From: Patescibacteria group bacterium
GTDB taxonomy: Bacteria; Patescibacteriota; WWE3; UBA101185; UBA10185
Direction of reading: 5' to 3'
Assembly (NCBI GenBank): GCA_026004595.1
Contig: BPJL01000001.1
Coordinates: 90,486 to 154,485, forward strand
DNA length: 64,000 nucleotides
Position 1 is the first letter of the stretch; each line of letters begins with the position of its first letter. Positions 39,754-50,044 of the stretch are shown piece after piece. The notes under the pieces are model-generated. The model saw only the letters and a program-made list of their open reading frames with translations, searched no databases and was not told the origin of the DNA. The translations under genes were made by a program, and so were the position numbers.

Positions 39754-41862
39754 ATGGCGTTAAATCTTTTTACAATGTTTTCAAATCAACCGAAACCTAA
39801 GAAGCAGGATAAGCAACCGAAGCCCGGAGAAAAGACACCGGCGGAGGTGCTGGCGGAAGGAATGCTGAATGTCAGGGACATTATCGCACCCTCCGCTATA
39901 GAAATTGACTTTAACCATATAAGAATCGGAAATGTGTATTTCAGGACGCTGTTCGTTTCAGGATATCCAAGATTTGTCGGCGCAAACTGGTTGTCTCCGA
40001 TTATCAATTTTGAACATACACTGGATGTTTCTATGTTTTATTATCCTGTGAAATCTAAGGTAATTCTTGATGATTTAAGGAGAAAAATCACCGAGCTTGA
40101 AGCGACAACCATGACCAATATTGAGAAGGGAAAGATTGTTGATCCTGTTGTAGCCGCGGCGTTGGAAGATGCCAAAGCTCTTCAAGAACAACTGGTTAAG
40201 GGAGTTGAAAAATATTTTCAATTCTCTTTTTACATAACCATATCCGCCGAAACTGAGGAAGAGCTTGAGTCCATTTCTTCCAAGCTGGAAAGTACGCTTG
40301 GCGCCCTGCTTCTTATATCCAAGGTAGCTTCCCTTCAGATGGAAGAGGCTTTTCAGTCCTCAATACCTACGGGTATGGATAAACTGTTGGTTACGAGAAA
40401 TATGGACACGACAAGTTTGGCCACAACATTTCCGTTTACCTCGTCTGATCTGACTATGGAGGAGGGAATAATGTATGGGATCAACAGGCACAATGGTTCA
40501 TTGGTCATATTCGATAGGTTCTCTCTAGAAAATGCAAACTCGGTTGTTTTCGCAAAATCAGGCTCAGGAAAATCATATTTTGTTAAGCTTGAGGCACTCA
40601 GGCTTTTGGTATTTGGCGCAGAGGTGATGATTATAGATCCGGAGGAGGAATACAAAACTTTGTGCGAGGCTGTAGGGGGTAATTATATCGATTTTTCTGC
40701 CAACTCACCGCATAAGATAAATCCTTTTGATCTTTCGGGCGTTGCAGTGGAGGGAGAAAACGAGCTAGGACAGAAGCTCATTGGCCTTATAACACTGTTG
40801 AAGCTTATGCTTGGTGGGTTGACAGCAGCCGAAGAAGCCATTCTCGATCGCGCCCTCATTGAAACGTACAGAATTAAAGGGATTACCACCGACCCTGATA
40901 CCCAATCCGGCATAGAGCCTCCTGTCATGGAGGATTTATACAAGGTGTTGTTGGGGGCTTCTGAACCTGAAGCAAAGGGAATGGCCGAAAGACTTGAGAG
41001 ATTTATCAAGGGCTCTATGACGGGAATCTTTGATTCCCAATCCAATATTAACTTGGACAGCAAGATGACGGTTTTCTCGACGAAACACTTAGAGGAGGCT
41101 CTAAGGCCTATCGCCTTTTATTTAATACTTGATTTTGTTTGGACTAGAATAAGAAAGGATTTGAGAAAGAGGATATTAATTGTTGAAGAGGCTTGGTATT
41201 TGATGCAAAACGAAGATAGTGCAAGATTTATTTACGGAATTGCGAAACGAGCTAGAAAATATTATCTAGGTCTTACAACGATATCGCAGGATGTTGACGA
41301 TTTCTTGTCGTCTGAATACGGAAAGGCGATTGTTACGAACTCATCAATACAAATATTGTTGAAACAACACCCGGCGGGCATAGATAAAGTTGCCGAAACC
41401 TTCTATCTCTCCGAAGGAGAAAAGAGGCTGTTGTTGGCGGCTGCTGTAGGAGAAGGGCTGTTTTTTGCAGGTTCGAATCATGTGGCGATAAAGATAATGG
41501 CGTCAGAGGCTGAACATAAGCTTATAACCACGAACCCCGAAGAGTTGCTTAGGTTGCGTGAGCAGGGATTGATAAAAACGCCGGGGAAAGACAAACCCAA
41601 ACCACCTGAAATTCCATCTACACAAAAACCATCTCCTTTGGTAGAAACCCCGTCTGTTTATAGTACACCCACAATTACGGATACAACCGCATCACTGAAA
41701 GAGCCGGAGAAAAAAGAGGACGAGAAGGGCTTTTCCGAAGTTCAATCGAAAGAACCCACAAGTGAAGATATACTCAGATCTGTCGAGTCAATGTCAAAAG
41801 GGCCGGGAACCATAGATCTTAACCAAGAAAGTTCACTCCAGCAACCCGCTCCCGCAGAATAA
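39754..41862 (+). CDS. VirB4-like ATPase
   Basis: AKSGSGKS, IIDPEEEY, INPFD, VEEAW, RARKY. Confidence 0.92.
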   Translation: MALNLFTMFSNQPKPKKQDKQPKPGEKTPAEVLAEGMLNVRDIIAPSAIEIDFNHIRIGNVYFRTLFVSGYPRFVGANWLSPIINFEHTLDVSMFYYPVKSKVILDDLRRKITELEATTMTNIEKGKIVDPVVAAALEDAKALQEQLVKGVEKYFQFSFYITISAETEEELESISSKLESTLGALLLISKVASLQMEEAFQSSIPTGMDKLLVTRNMDTTSLATTFPFTSSDLTMEEGIMYGINRHNGSLVIFDRFSLENANSVVFAKSGSGKSYFVKLEALRLLVFGAEVMIIDPEEEYKTLCEAVGGNYIDFSANSPHKINPFDLSGVAVEGENELGQKLIGLITLLKLMLGGLTAAEEAILDRALIETYRIKGITTDPDTQSGIEPPVMEDLYKVLLGASEPEAKGMAERLERFIKGSMTGIFDSQSNINLDSKMTVFSTKHLEEALRPIAFYLILDFVWTRIRKDLRKRILIVEEAWYLMQNEDSARFIYGIAKRARKYYLGLTTISQDVDDFLSSEYGKAIVTNSSIQILLKQHPAGIDKVAETFYLSEGEKRLLLAAAVGEGLFFAGSNHVAIKIMASEAEHKLITTNPEELLRLREQGLIKTPGKDKPKPPEIPSTQKPSPLVETPSVYSTPTITDTTASLKEPEKKEDEKGFSEVQSKEPTSEDILRSVESMSKGPGTIDLNQESSLQQPAPAE

Positions 41863-41865
41863 ACT

Positions 41866-42978
41866 TTACAGTTGTATTGGCATGATAATATGCAGAAAGT
41901 CTTCTTCGTTTTCGGTTTTGAATATGCAGGCAGAGTTATTTGAGTTTGCCTCAATTATTATTTTCTCGCCCCGTACGTTGTTTAGAAAATCCAAAAGGTA
42001 TTTTGAGCTAAAAGCTATTTCCAACATATCTCCGTCTACTTCTGCGGAAATTTCGCTTTCATGAGTTCCCACCTCGTTGTTTAGAGAAGAAATTTTTATA
42101 ACACCTTCAGGATCAATTCGTATTTTGAGTGTGTTGCTGGAGCCCTCTTTTACGAATACTGTAGTCAGTCTTACCGCGTCTAGAAAATCGGAAGATGAGA
42201 AAGAGGCTTTTACGGCAGCTGTTGTCGGTATTATTTTTTTATAATCGGGATACTGCCCATCGATTATTCTGGTGGCGATGGTGGTGTCTTCAGCCGAGAA
42301 AAGGGCGAGGTTCTCATCTTCGCTTAAAGTCATTTTTACCGGGCTCTCGGAAGAAGCGAAAATTTTGCTCACCTCCGCAAGAGTTTTTGATGGGATCAGG
42401 GCAGTGAATTTTTTGGCTTTTGAAGACCCCGTCTTAATGGTTCTCTCAGATAGCCTGAAGCCATCAGTTGAGGCGAGTGTCATTTTACCGTTGTCGTAGG
42501 CGATATAGACACCTGTAAATATGGGTCTGCTTTCGTCTAGTGACGATGCGAAGCATACCAAAGATACTGCGGTGGCGAATATTTTTGGGTCGAGTTCGAG
42601 TGAGGTTCCCTTTACAGGCATAGTTGGAAGTTCGGGGAAATCCTTGGCGTCCGTACCGTTTATCTTTGACTTTGTTTTTTCGGATTTGATATTGAGAATA
42701 TCGTTGTCTAAATTCACTTCGATGGTTGAGGGTGGAAGGTTTGCAACTAATTCTTTCAATATCTTGGCCGGGATGGTTATGGTTCCTTCCTTTTCTACGG
42801 AGGCGTTTACGTATGTAGTAATGGCAGTTTCCAGATTGGTAGCCGCCAGTTTTATCCTCCCATTTTCGGTTGATAAAAGCACATTTGAGAGTATAGGGAG
42901 AGATCCTTTGGCTGGTACAGCTCTGGTAGTAATTTGTAGCCCCCTATTTAAGTTTTCCTGTAGGCAAGAAAATTTCAT
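41866..42978 (-). CDS. dnaN: DNA polymerase III beta clamp
   Basis: LPILSNVL, STDGFRL, YPDY, IIMPI. Confidence 0.97.
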   Translation of the reverse strand: MKFSCLQENLNRGLQITTRAVPAKGSLPILSNVLLSTENGRIKLAATNLETAITTYVNASVEKEGTITIPAKILKELVANLPPSTIEVNLDNDILNIKSEKTKSKINGTDAKDFPELPTMPVKGTSLELDPKIFATAVSLVCFASSLDESRPIFTGVYIAYDNGKMTLASTDGFRLSERTIKTGSSKAKKFTALIPSKTLAEVSKIFASSESPVKMTLSEDENLALFSAEDTTIATRIIDGQYPDYKKIIPTTAAVKASFSSSDFLDAVRLTTVFVKEGSSNTLKIRIDPEGVIKISSLNNEVGTHESEISAEVDGDMLEIAFSSKYLLDFLNNVRGEKIIIEANSNNSACIFKTENEEDFLHIIMPIQL

Positions 42979-43430
42979 TGTCTTTTGAGTTTTAAAGTAA
43001 CCCGCCTATCCCGTCCTTCTCCAATACTTTCTGAGATTATATCGTCATATTCTGAAACGAACATATGTATTTGTCTTCTTTCCCAAGGATCCATCGGAGG
43101 CAGTTCAACATCTTTTTGAAAAAAACGAACTCTATCTATGTAGCTCCTGGCCATGTTTTGAATCTTTTCAGTTCTTTGGTCTCTGTAGCCGTTTATGTCG
43201 ATGATTACTGTGACTTGTTCTCCAGTCTGTCTTAAAACCGTCAAATGCAAAATGCTTTGAAGCGCGTCAAGTGATTGTCCTCTGTGCCCTATCAAAAAAT
43301 TTAGGTTGTTGCCTTTTATAACAACTTCGTAAACCTTATCTCCCTTGTCGTTGATTTCGTAAACCGGCTCTATTTTCATAAAGCCGAAGATGTTTTCTAA
43401 TGTGTTTTGAATTATATCCTGAGGTTTCAT
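42975..43430 (-). CDS. khpB: KH-R3H protein (short Jag/KhpB)
   Basis: LIGHRGQSLDALQ; ERRQIH. Confidence 0.88.
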   Translation of the reverse strand: MKPQDIIQNTLENIFGFMKIEPVYEINDKGDKVYEVVIKGNNLNFLIGHRGQSLDALQSILHLTVLRQTGEQVTVIIDINGYRDQRTEKIQNMARSYIDRVRFFQKDVELPPMDPWERRQIHMFVSEYDDIISESIGEGRDRRVTLKLKRQ

Positions 43431-43456
43431 TTTTGCTGCTCTCTTTCGTAGAAATT

Positions 43457-44242
43457 CTATCTTTTCGTTTTCGCAAAACCCAGTTTTTTAACCCAGGGTT
43501 CTAGCCCTCCCCACCCTGTGAAAAAGTACGTTTGCACTATTTGGAACAAGGTTGAAACAGCTATGTATATCATAACACCTGAAGGCAAGGTTAGGCCGAA
43601 AAAGAAAAACATAAGCGGCATGATATACAGATTTTGTTTTTGCATAGACTGTATAATGTCGTCAGTTTTCCCAGGTGTTTTCTTGACTGCTTTTTCACTT
43701 ATCTTGGAGTAGGGCATCATCATTTTTGTAGCCAAAAATTGCAATATTACCGATAGGATCACGATTATTAAATATGGGTCAGGTTTGGCCAGATCTAGGT
43801 ATAAAAATCGGGTATTAATGGTTTCTTGTGAATCAATGCGAAAGTTTTGGAAATATATGCGGTTGTTAAGGTCATCTATTCCGGAACCGTTAGTCATTAT
43901 AATTACCGATTTGTAAACCGCGATCATAAACACAATAGTGATTATTGTTGTAAGGCATCCCGAAGCGGGGTTTATTCCGTGCTTTCTCATAAGTTCCATT
44001 TGCATTTGTGCCATTTTCTTTTGATCATGTTTGTATTTTTCTTTTATTTTCTCTATTTCGGGTTGTACGTCACGCTGTTTTTTGCTCATTTTTATAGAAG
44101 GCAGGGTAACAGGTATCATGACCGCTTTTACTATGATTGTGAATAGAATTATGGCCAGGCCAAGGTTGCCTATAAATGCGTATATGATAACCAAAACGTT
44201 AAATATTGGATTAAGTATTGCCGCATCCCAAATTGCCGTCAT
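43457..44242 (-). CDS. yidC: Membrane protein insertase YidC
   Basis: GINPASGCL, LPSGVMIY. Confidence 0.95.
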   Translation of the reverse strand: MTAIWDAAILNPIFNVLVIIYAFIGNLGLAIILFTIIVKAVMIPVTLPSIKMSKKQRDVQPEIEKIKEKYKHDQKKMAQMQMELMRKHGINPASGCLTTIITIVFMIAVYKSVIIMTNGSGIDDLNNRIYFQNFRIDSQETINTRFLYLDLAKPDPYLIIVILSVILQFLATKMMMPYSKISEKAVKKTPGKTDDIIQSMQKQNLYIMPLMFFFFGLTLPSGVMIYIAVSTLFQIVQTYFFTGWGGLEPWVKKLGFAKTKR

Positions 44243-44248
44243 AAGTAT

Positions 44249-44464
44249 TTATTTTACAGGATCGTAACCTCCTTTTGAAAACGGATTACATCTTACCAGT
44301 CTTTTGATTCCCATGATAGTGCCTTTTACCGCGCCATATTTTTCTACAGCCTCATATGTATAATCTGAACAGCTGGGGGTAAAACGGCAAGTATTTATTC
44401 CGAAGTTACCTGGGCTGAGAAACCTTTTGTAGATTTTTATTAAAATCAGTATAAATCTCCTCAT
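44249..44464 (-). CDS. yidD: Membrane protein insertion efficiency factor YidD
   Basis: [19 protein letters not shown]. Confidence 0.96.
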   Translation of the reverse strand: MRRFILILIKIYKRFLSPGNFGINTCRFTPSCSDYTYEAVEKYGAVKGTIMGIKRLVRCNPFSKGGYDPVK

Positions 44465-44753
44465 AAGTTTTATCCGATACTGAAAATTTTGGATAAACAG
44501 AAATCCAGCAGTTTTGGGGAATGAAGTTTAGGTTTTTCCTAATAGCTTCCCTAAACAGGCGTTTTACTTTGTTTCTTGCAGTAGCCTTTTTACTAAACTT
44601 GTTTGAAACCACCACACCCGCTTTTGTCGGCCCCATGTAGTTATCTGGTTTCAATACATAAGCAAAGAAAGTATCCCCCTCTATTTTCTGTCCATATTTT
44701 TTGGTTATCTTGTACTCAAAAGGTGTGGAAATACGGTTCTCTTTTTTCAGCAT
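44406..44753 (-). CDS. rnpA: RNase P protein
   Basis: [18 protein letters not shown]; conserved synteny. Confidence 0.93.
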   Translation of the reverse strand: MLKKENRISTPFEYKITKKYGQKIEGDTFFAYVLKPDNYMGPTKAGVVVSNKFSKKATARNKVKRLFREAIRKNLNFIPQNCWISVYPKFSVSDKTYEEIYTDFNKNLQKVSQPR

Positions 44754-44758
44754 GAAAT

Positions 44759-44917
44759 TTACTTGCCTTTATATGAAACCGCAAGTCTCTTTCTTCCTCT
44801 GAGCCTTCTTCTTTTTAGCACGTTAATTCCGTTTTTTGTTGCGGTTCTGTTCCTGAAACCGTGTTTGCGGACCCTTTTAACTTTTTTTGGTTGCCATGTT
44901 CTTTTTGTTTTTGGCAT
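44759..44917 (-). CDS. rpmH: 50S ribosomal protein L34
   Basis: KRTWQP...RKHGFRNR. Confidence 0.97.
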   Translation of the reverse strand: MPKTKRTWQPKKVKRVRKHGFRNRTATKNGINVLKRRRLRGRKRLAVSYKGK

Positions 44918-45012
44918 AACATTTACCTCGACAGGGATTATATCGGTTTTTGGGCGTGTTTTCAAGAAGTTTGGGAATTGGCAATTATGTTAATTTTTTG
45001 TATATTCAACCA

Positions 45013-45363
45013 ATGAACGAAATAAAACCCGAAATTATGTATGAAGATTTTGCTAAGTTAGATATTCGCGCGGGAACAGTAGTGTCAGCCGAGAGAGTAG
45101 AGGGGTCAGAAAAGCTCATTAAGCTCCTTGTGGATTTTGGTCCTCATCTAGGTCAGAAACAGATTCTGACAGGGCTTCTTAAGTGGTACGAACCCAAGGA
45201 ATTTGTTGGGTTCCAGACAATATTTATCCTCAATCTTCCTCCCCGAAAAATGATGGGATTGACCTCGGAAGGCATGATTTTGGCGCTCGGACTTTCCGAT
45301 GACCAAAAACCGACCCTGTTAAAACCCAAAAGGAAAGTTAAAAACGGAGAAGGTGTTCGTTAG
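45013..45363 (+). CDS. tRNA-binding OB-fold protein (stand-alone MetRS C-terminal/Trbp111/CsaA type)
   Basis: DFAKLDIRAG, NLPPRKMMGLTSEGMIL. Confidence 0.92.
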   Translation: MNEIKPEIMYEDFAKLDIRAGTVVSAERVEGSEKLIKLLVDFGPHLGQKQILTGLLKWYEPKEFVGFQTIFILNLPPRKMMGLTSEGMILALGLSDDQKPTLLKPKRKVKNGEGVR

Positions 45364-46571
45364 TGAAATCCAAGACATATTACATAAAAACTTATGGCTG
45401 TCAGGCGAATACTGCGGATTCGGGCACAATAGCTGGAATTCTTGAAGCAGTTGGTTTTGAGCCGCTCGCTATTCCCAAATTCAAGACTGAAAAAGAGGAA
45501 CTTCAATATGTAATGAAAAACACCGACCTTTTTATTATAAATTCCTGCTCTGTCCGCCAGAAAAGCGAAGACAAGGTTTACGGCATAGGCAAGGTGGTAA
45601 AGGAAGCTGAAGAGATCTACAACCAAAAGCCTTTCATAGTTCTCGCGGGATGCATGGTTGGGAGCGTGACCGGAGAAAGACAAAGATACGAATTTTCTCA
45701 GTTAAAAAGAAAAACCCCTTGGGTAGATTTGTACATGAACCCGCTTCAAGTAAGCGAATTGCCATTATTGTTGAAAAGAGAAGGAATCTTAGGCGACTGG
45801 GCAAAAAATAGAATAAAAAATATTGTTGGTGGAGTAAAAGATACGAGCACTCACGCTTTTGTAAATATTTCCCAGGGTTGTGATAATTTCTGTTCTTTTT
45901 GCGTTGTTCCTTACGCGCGGGGGAGGGAAGTGTCGCGCCCTAAAGAGGATATATTTAGGGATGTTCGTCGATTGGTAAAAAAAGGAGCCACAGAAATAAC
46001 TCTTTGCGGCCAAAATGTAAATTCTTGGGGGCTGTCGGTCAAAGAAAAGTTTCACCTTCGTGCGGGAAGCGATCATAAATTGCCTTTTGCCTCGTTATTA
46101 CGGGAAATTCATGACATTCCAGAAATTAAAAAAATCAGTTTTGTATCGTCAAATCCCTTTGATTTCACTAAGGACCTGATAGAGACGTTAAAACTGCCTA
46201 AAATAGATAATTACGTACATATAGCCGTGCAGTCAGGAAATAACGACGTTCTCCAAAGGATGAACCGCCGCCACACCGTTGAGGATTTTACCGATCTAAT
46301 AAATCAAATTAAAAAAGTTAAAAAAAATATTGAAATCGGAACAGATTTGATTGTGGGCTTTCCGGGTGAAACGCGTGAACAATTTATGGACACGGTTCAG
46401 CTTGTAAAAAAGGTAAAATTTTCAGTTTGTTACATAGCTATGTACTCACCTAGAAAAGGAACTTACGCTGAAAAGACATTTGATGACGATGTCCCTCAAA
46501 AAGAAAAGAAATATCGTCATGATCTTCTTACAAAAGTGTGGCTTGCCACAAAAAGGAAGCAACCCCTATGA
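45363..46571 (+). CDS. miaB: tRNA methylthiotransferase MiaB lacking TRAM domain
   Basis: TYGCQAN, NSCSVR, GC, CDNFCSFC; adjacent to miaA. Confidence 0.9.
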   Translation: MKSKTYYIKTYGCQANTADSGTIAGILEAVGFEPLAIPKFKTEKEELQYVMKNTDLFIINSCSVRQKSEDKVYGIGKVVKEAEEIYNQKPFIVLAGCMVGSVTGERQRYEFSQLKRKTPWVDLYMNPLQVSELPLLLKREGILGDWAKNRIKNIVGGVKDTSTHAFVNISQGCDNFCSFCVVPYARGREVSRPKEDIFRDVRRLVKKGATEITLCGQNVNSWGLSVKEKFHLRAGSDHKLPFASLLREIHDIPEIKKISFVSSNPFDFTKDLIETLKLPKIDNYVHIAVQSGNNDVLQRMNRRHTVEDFTDLINQIKKVKKNIEIGTDLIVGFPGETREQFMDTVQLVKKVKFSVCYIAMYSPRKGTYAEKTFDDDVPQKEKKYRHDLLTKVWLATKRKQPL

Positions 46572-47500
46572 AAGTTTTTGCAATTGTGGGACCAACATCA
46601 ACCGGCAAAACTTCTCTATCCTTAGATCTTTGCAGAAGGTTAAACGGAGAAATTATCTCTGCCGATTCCCGGCAGGTCTATAAGCATATGGATGTGGGGA
46701 CGGGGAAAATTCCTTTAGATACGAAGACGAAAATTGAAAAAGGAAAAGGTTTTTGGGACTTTGCGGGTGTTCGGGTTTGGGGATACGATCTAGTGTCCCC
46801 CGATCAGTATTTTTCTTCATACGATTTTGCCAAATATGCGCTGGAGAAGTTGACCGAAGTTTTGGGCAGGGGCAAAAACGTATTTATTGTTGGAGGCACT
46901 GGATTCTACGTAGATGCGGTAACTGGAAGAATTGATTTGAATAGCAACGTAAAACCCGATTTTGAGCTCCGTTCCCGCCTAGAAAAAATGACTTTGGAGG
47001 AATTGTGGGCTCTTTTGACGTCGTTAAACCTAAAGGTTTATGAAAAGATAGATAAAAATAATCCAGTCAGACTGATTCGAGCTATTGAGAAGGAAAAGGC
47101 CGGGGAAAACCGTGCCACTCCCCTACCCCGCCCCGATGCAGAATTTATTTACATAGGTCTCACCGGCTCCCGTGATCTTTTGTATTCACGGGCGGACAGA
47201 TGGGCGGAGTTAGTGTGGCGAAAAGGATTAATTCCAGAAACCGAAAAACTTTTGGCAATGAATTTCGGCTCCTATCCTCCCCTGCGCGGACTTGTCTATA
47301 AAAGTGCGGTGTCCTTCATAAAAAAAGAAATTGGCGAGGCCGAAGCAGTGCAAAAAATAAAATTCGACCTGCACGCTTATATCAGAAGACAACAAACTTG
47401 GTTCAAAAAAAATAAAGATATCAAGTGGTTTGATATTACCAGCGATTCTTACATAGAAAATGTGTATAATTTTGTAAAGGAGAAAATTAAAAATGGATAA
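46568..47500 (+). CDS. miaA: tRNA dimethylallyltransferase
   Basis: GPTSTGKT, DSRQVY, GGTGFY, RRQQTW. Confidence 0.96.
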   Translation: MKVFAIVGPTSTGKTSLSLDLCRRLNGEIISADSRQVYKHMDVGTGKIPLDTKTKIEKGKGFWDFAGVRVWGYDLVSPDQYFSSYDFAKYALEKLTEVLGRGKNVFIVGGTGFYVDAVTGRIDLNSNVKPDFELRSRLEKMTLEELWALLTSLNLKVYEKIDKNNPVRLIRAIEKEKAGENRATPLPRPDAEFIYIGLTGSRDLLYSRADRWAELVWRKGLIPETEKLLAMNFGSYPPLRGLVYKSAVSFIKKEIGEAEAVQKIKFDLHAYIRRQQTWFKKNKDIKWFDITSDSYIENVYNFVKEKIKNG

Positions 47501-48482
47501 ACAGGTTGTGATTTCTTTTAAGACGATTTTACTCACCTTTGCTGTTGCGCTCGCTGGTTATGTGATTTACCGCTTAGGGTCTGTGATAGGAATATTGGCT
47601 ATTGCTACTCTTTTGGCCATTTCTTTAGAGTCAGCTGTAAATTATTTCATGAATCTAACCGTATTTAACAAGCCTTTGAAGAGAAGTGCGGCTGTATTAA
47701 TTTCTTATGGGCTGCTGCTTTTTGTAATGATAATTGTTGGAACGATTGGAGTTCCTCCCGTCATAAATCAATTCCAAAAAATGATTGTCGGAATTTCGCA
47801 GATAGGTCATGAGCTTAATTTGGGAGAGGATTTTAACCTTCAAATTAGCGATTTTCTTCCGCAGGCTGCAAATGTATCCTCACAGGTACTTTCAGTTACA
47901 ATTTCACTTTTTTCTAACGTGGCTGCCATATTTAGCGTCTTCGTGCTATCTATTTATATGTCTTTGGACTGGAAGAATATTAAGAAGCGCTTCATTTCGT
48001 TGTTTCCCGAGCATTTAGAAGATGAGGTTGAGGATACCTTAAGTGAAGTTGAGAAAAATGTTGGGCACTGGGTGAAGGGGCAGTTGATATTAATGATAGT
48101 TGTCGGCCTTGCCTCTTTTCTCGGGCTTTTATTATTGGATGTAAAGTATCCGCTCGCTTTGGGGATGATCGCCGGTTTGTTGGAGATAGTTCCGATGATA
48201 GGCCCTGTTCTGTCGGCGGTTATCGCGGCGATAATCGGTTTTGCTGATGCGCCGATAAAGGGTGTGGGGGTTGTTGCTCTTTTCATAATTATTCAGCAGC
48301 TTGAGAACAACCTACTTGTCCCGAAAATTATGCAGAAGGTTTCAGGCTTTAGCCCGATAATAATTTTGTTGGCTTTGCTTATTGGATCGGAATTTTTTGG
48401 AATAATGGGAGCTATAGTAGCAGTTCCTTCAACAATGATAATTTCAATAATTTTGAAAAGGACGCTTGGTCGTACAGTTTGA
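47493..48482 (+). CDS. AI-2E family transporter
   Basis: VPMIGP, QQLENNLLVPKIM. Confidence 0.92.
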   Translation: MDKQVVISFKTILLTFAVALAGYVIYRLGSVIGILAIATLLAISLESAVNYFMNLTVFNKPLKRSAAVLISYGLLLFVMIIVGTIGVPPVINQFQKMIVGISQIGHELNLGEDFNLQISDFLPQAANVSSQVLSVTISLFSNVAAIFSVFVLSIYMSLDWKNIKKRFISLFPEHLEDEVEDTLSEVEKNVGHWVKGQLILMIVVGLASFLGLLLLDVKYPLALGMIAGLLEIVPMIGPVLSAVIAAIIGFADAPIKGVGVVALFIIIQQLENNLLVPKIMQKVSGFSPIIILLALLIGSEFFGIMGAIVAVPSTMIISIILKRTLGRTV

Positions 48483-48487
48483 GTTTT

Positions 48488-48822
48488 ACACGGGAAGCGA
48501 GTAAGCCAGATTCTGTTCGCCCGCAAAGCGGGTTGCGAATCATCTATCTACGCCCCATCTTCGTGCCTCGTCGAGCAGACTGGTAGCGGCACATTCGTGG
48601 GTTGCTGAGGGGTGGGATTGCCCGTTTCACCCTGTTTCATGGCAAGAAGCTTTAGAAACAGGCTCGTCTCTGTTGCTCTCGGAGCGCGTGCTCGCCCTCC
48701 GTTCCTTCGCCCTTTCGGGCTGGGACACCAGAACTTACGTTTCGGAGATTGCCCTCCGTCCCCCTGCTCTACACAGTCTGGACTTTCCTGACCAGAAGGC
48801 CCGATCCGCCTGCTTCCCGTGT
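48488..48822 (-). ncRNA. rnpB: RNase P RNA
   Basis: AGGAAAGTCC near 5' end, ACAGAATCTGGCTTA near 3' end, terminal helix ACACGGGAAGC/GCTTCCCGTGT. Confidence 0.95.
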
Positions 48823-48973
48823 CCGTATTTTACCACCTTTAAAAACTAAAAGATGGTTCCATCTTCTGCAAATAAGCGGCCTTGTGTACTGGATGAAAAG
48901 TGATCCGAAAAGACAAATTTTATGTATTCAGGGCGGTTGTCGATAAGCAACAAGCATGTGATATTATTACTCC

Positions 48974-50044
48974 ATGACTGAGCCACCTGATCCTGAAAAA
49001 TTTCATGTTTTAACTCCGGCCGCGAAAAAACGTTTGATTTTCGCCGGTTTATTTTTTGTCTTGATAGTTTTGCCTTTTCTTTTGAGGTCATATTATCGTG
49101 TAGCCATTAACAGGCCGTCTCAATCCGGTAAAGAAGTTAACATTGAAATAAAGCGCGGTTCAAGTGTGGCGGATATTGCAAAGCAGCTGCAGGCGGCAGG
49201 GGCGATTAACTCTGATTTTTTGTTTAATATTTATGTTTATACGGGAAAGCTGGGGAGCAAAATCCAAGCCGGAACTTATACCCTTCCTGCGGGTTCTAAT
49301 TTAAAACAGGTTGTAGAAATAATTCAGTATGGTACCAACGATGTAAAAATGACTTTCATTGAGGGTTGGCGTGTTGAGGAATATGCGCGATATGCCACTT
49401 CTCGACTCAACAATGTGGATTTTCGTGACTTTATTGAGCTGGCGAAAGAAAGAGAGGGATATTTGTTTCCCGATACTTATTTTGTTAACAAGGATATTCA
49501 GGAAGAGGAGCTTGTGGAAATTCTATCTGACAATTTTGCGGCAAAAACACAGGATCTTCTTACTGAAATTAATTTGCAAAAAGCGGGGCTTACAAAAGAT
49601 CAGGCGATAATATTTGCGTCAATGGTTGAGAGAGAAATTCACACCGAAGAGGATAGACCGATCGTGGCTGGGATACTTCTTAAGAGATGGAGGCAAGGCA
49701 TGAAGCTCGATGTAGATGCAACTACTCAATATGTGGCATCTCTTGTGGATGTTTGCCGGAAGCCTGATCATTGCCTTCCAAACTATGATGAAACAAAAGA
49801 TTTTGACTGGTGGCCTAAAATTCTTTCGCAGGACGATCTTGAGCTGGACAGTCCCTACAATACAAGAAAAAATCCGGGGCTTCCTCCCGCTCCGATTTCA
49901 AACCCCGGCCTAAGTGCAATAAAAGCTGTGCTTTTTGCCCAGGAAAGCCCGTATTATTTTTATCTGACAGATAAAGAAGGTATAACTCACTATGCTTCGA
50001 CATTGGAACAGCATAACGCTAACGTGAGCAGGTATCTTCAATAA
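48974..50044 (+). CDS. mltG: Endolytic transglycosylase MltG
   Basis: EGYLFPDTY, ASMVERE, SPYNT..NPGLPPAPISNPG. Confidence 0.95.
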   Translation: MTEPPDPEKFHVLTPAAKKRLIFAGLFFVLIVLPFLLRSYYRVAINRPSQSGKEVNIEIKRGSSVADIAKQLQAAGAINSDFLFNIYVYTGKLGSKIQAGTYTLPAGSNLKQVVEIIQYGTNDVKMTFIEGWRVEEYARYATSRLNNVDFRDFIELAKEREGYLFPDTYFVNKDIQEEELVEILSDNFAAKTQDLLTEINLQKAGLTKDQAIIFASMVEREIHTEEDRPIVAGILLKRWRQGMKLDVDATTQYVASLVDVCRKPDHCLPNYDETKDFDWWPKILSQDDLELDSPYNTRKNPGLPPAPISNPGLSAIKAVLFAQESPYYFYLTDKEGITHYASTLEQHNANVSRYLQ

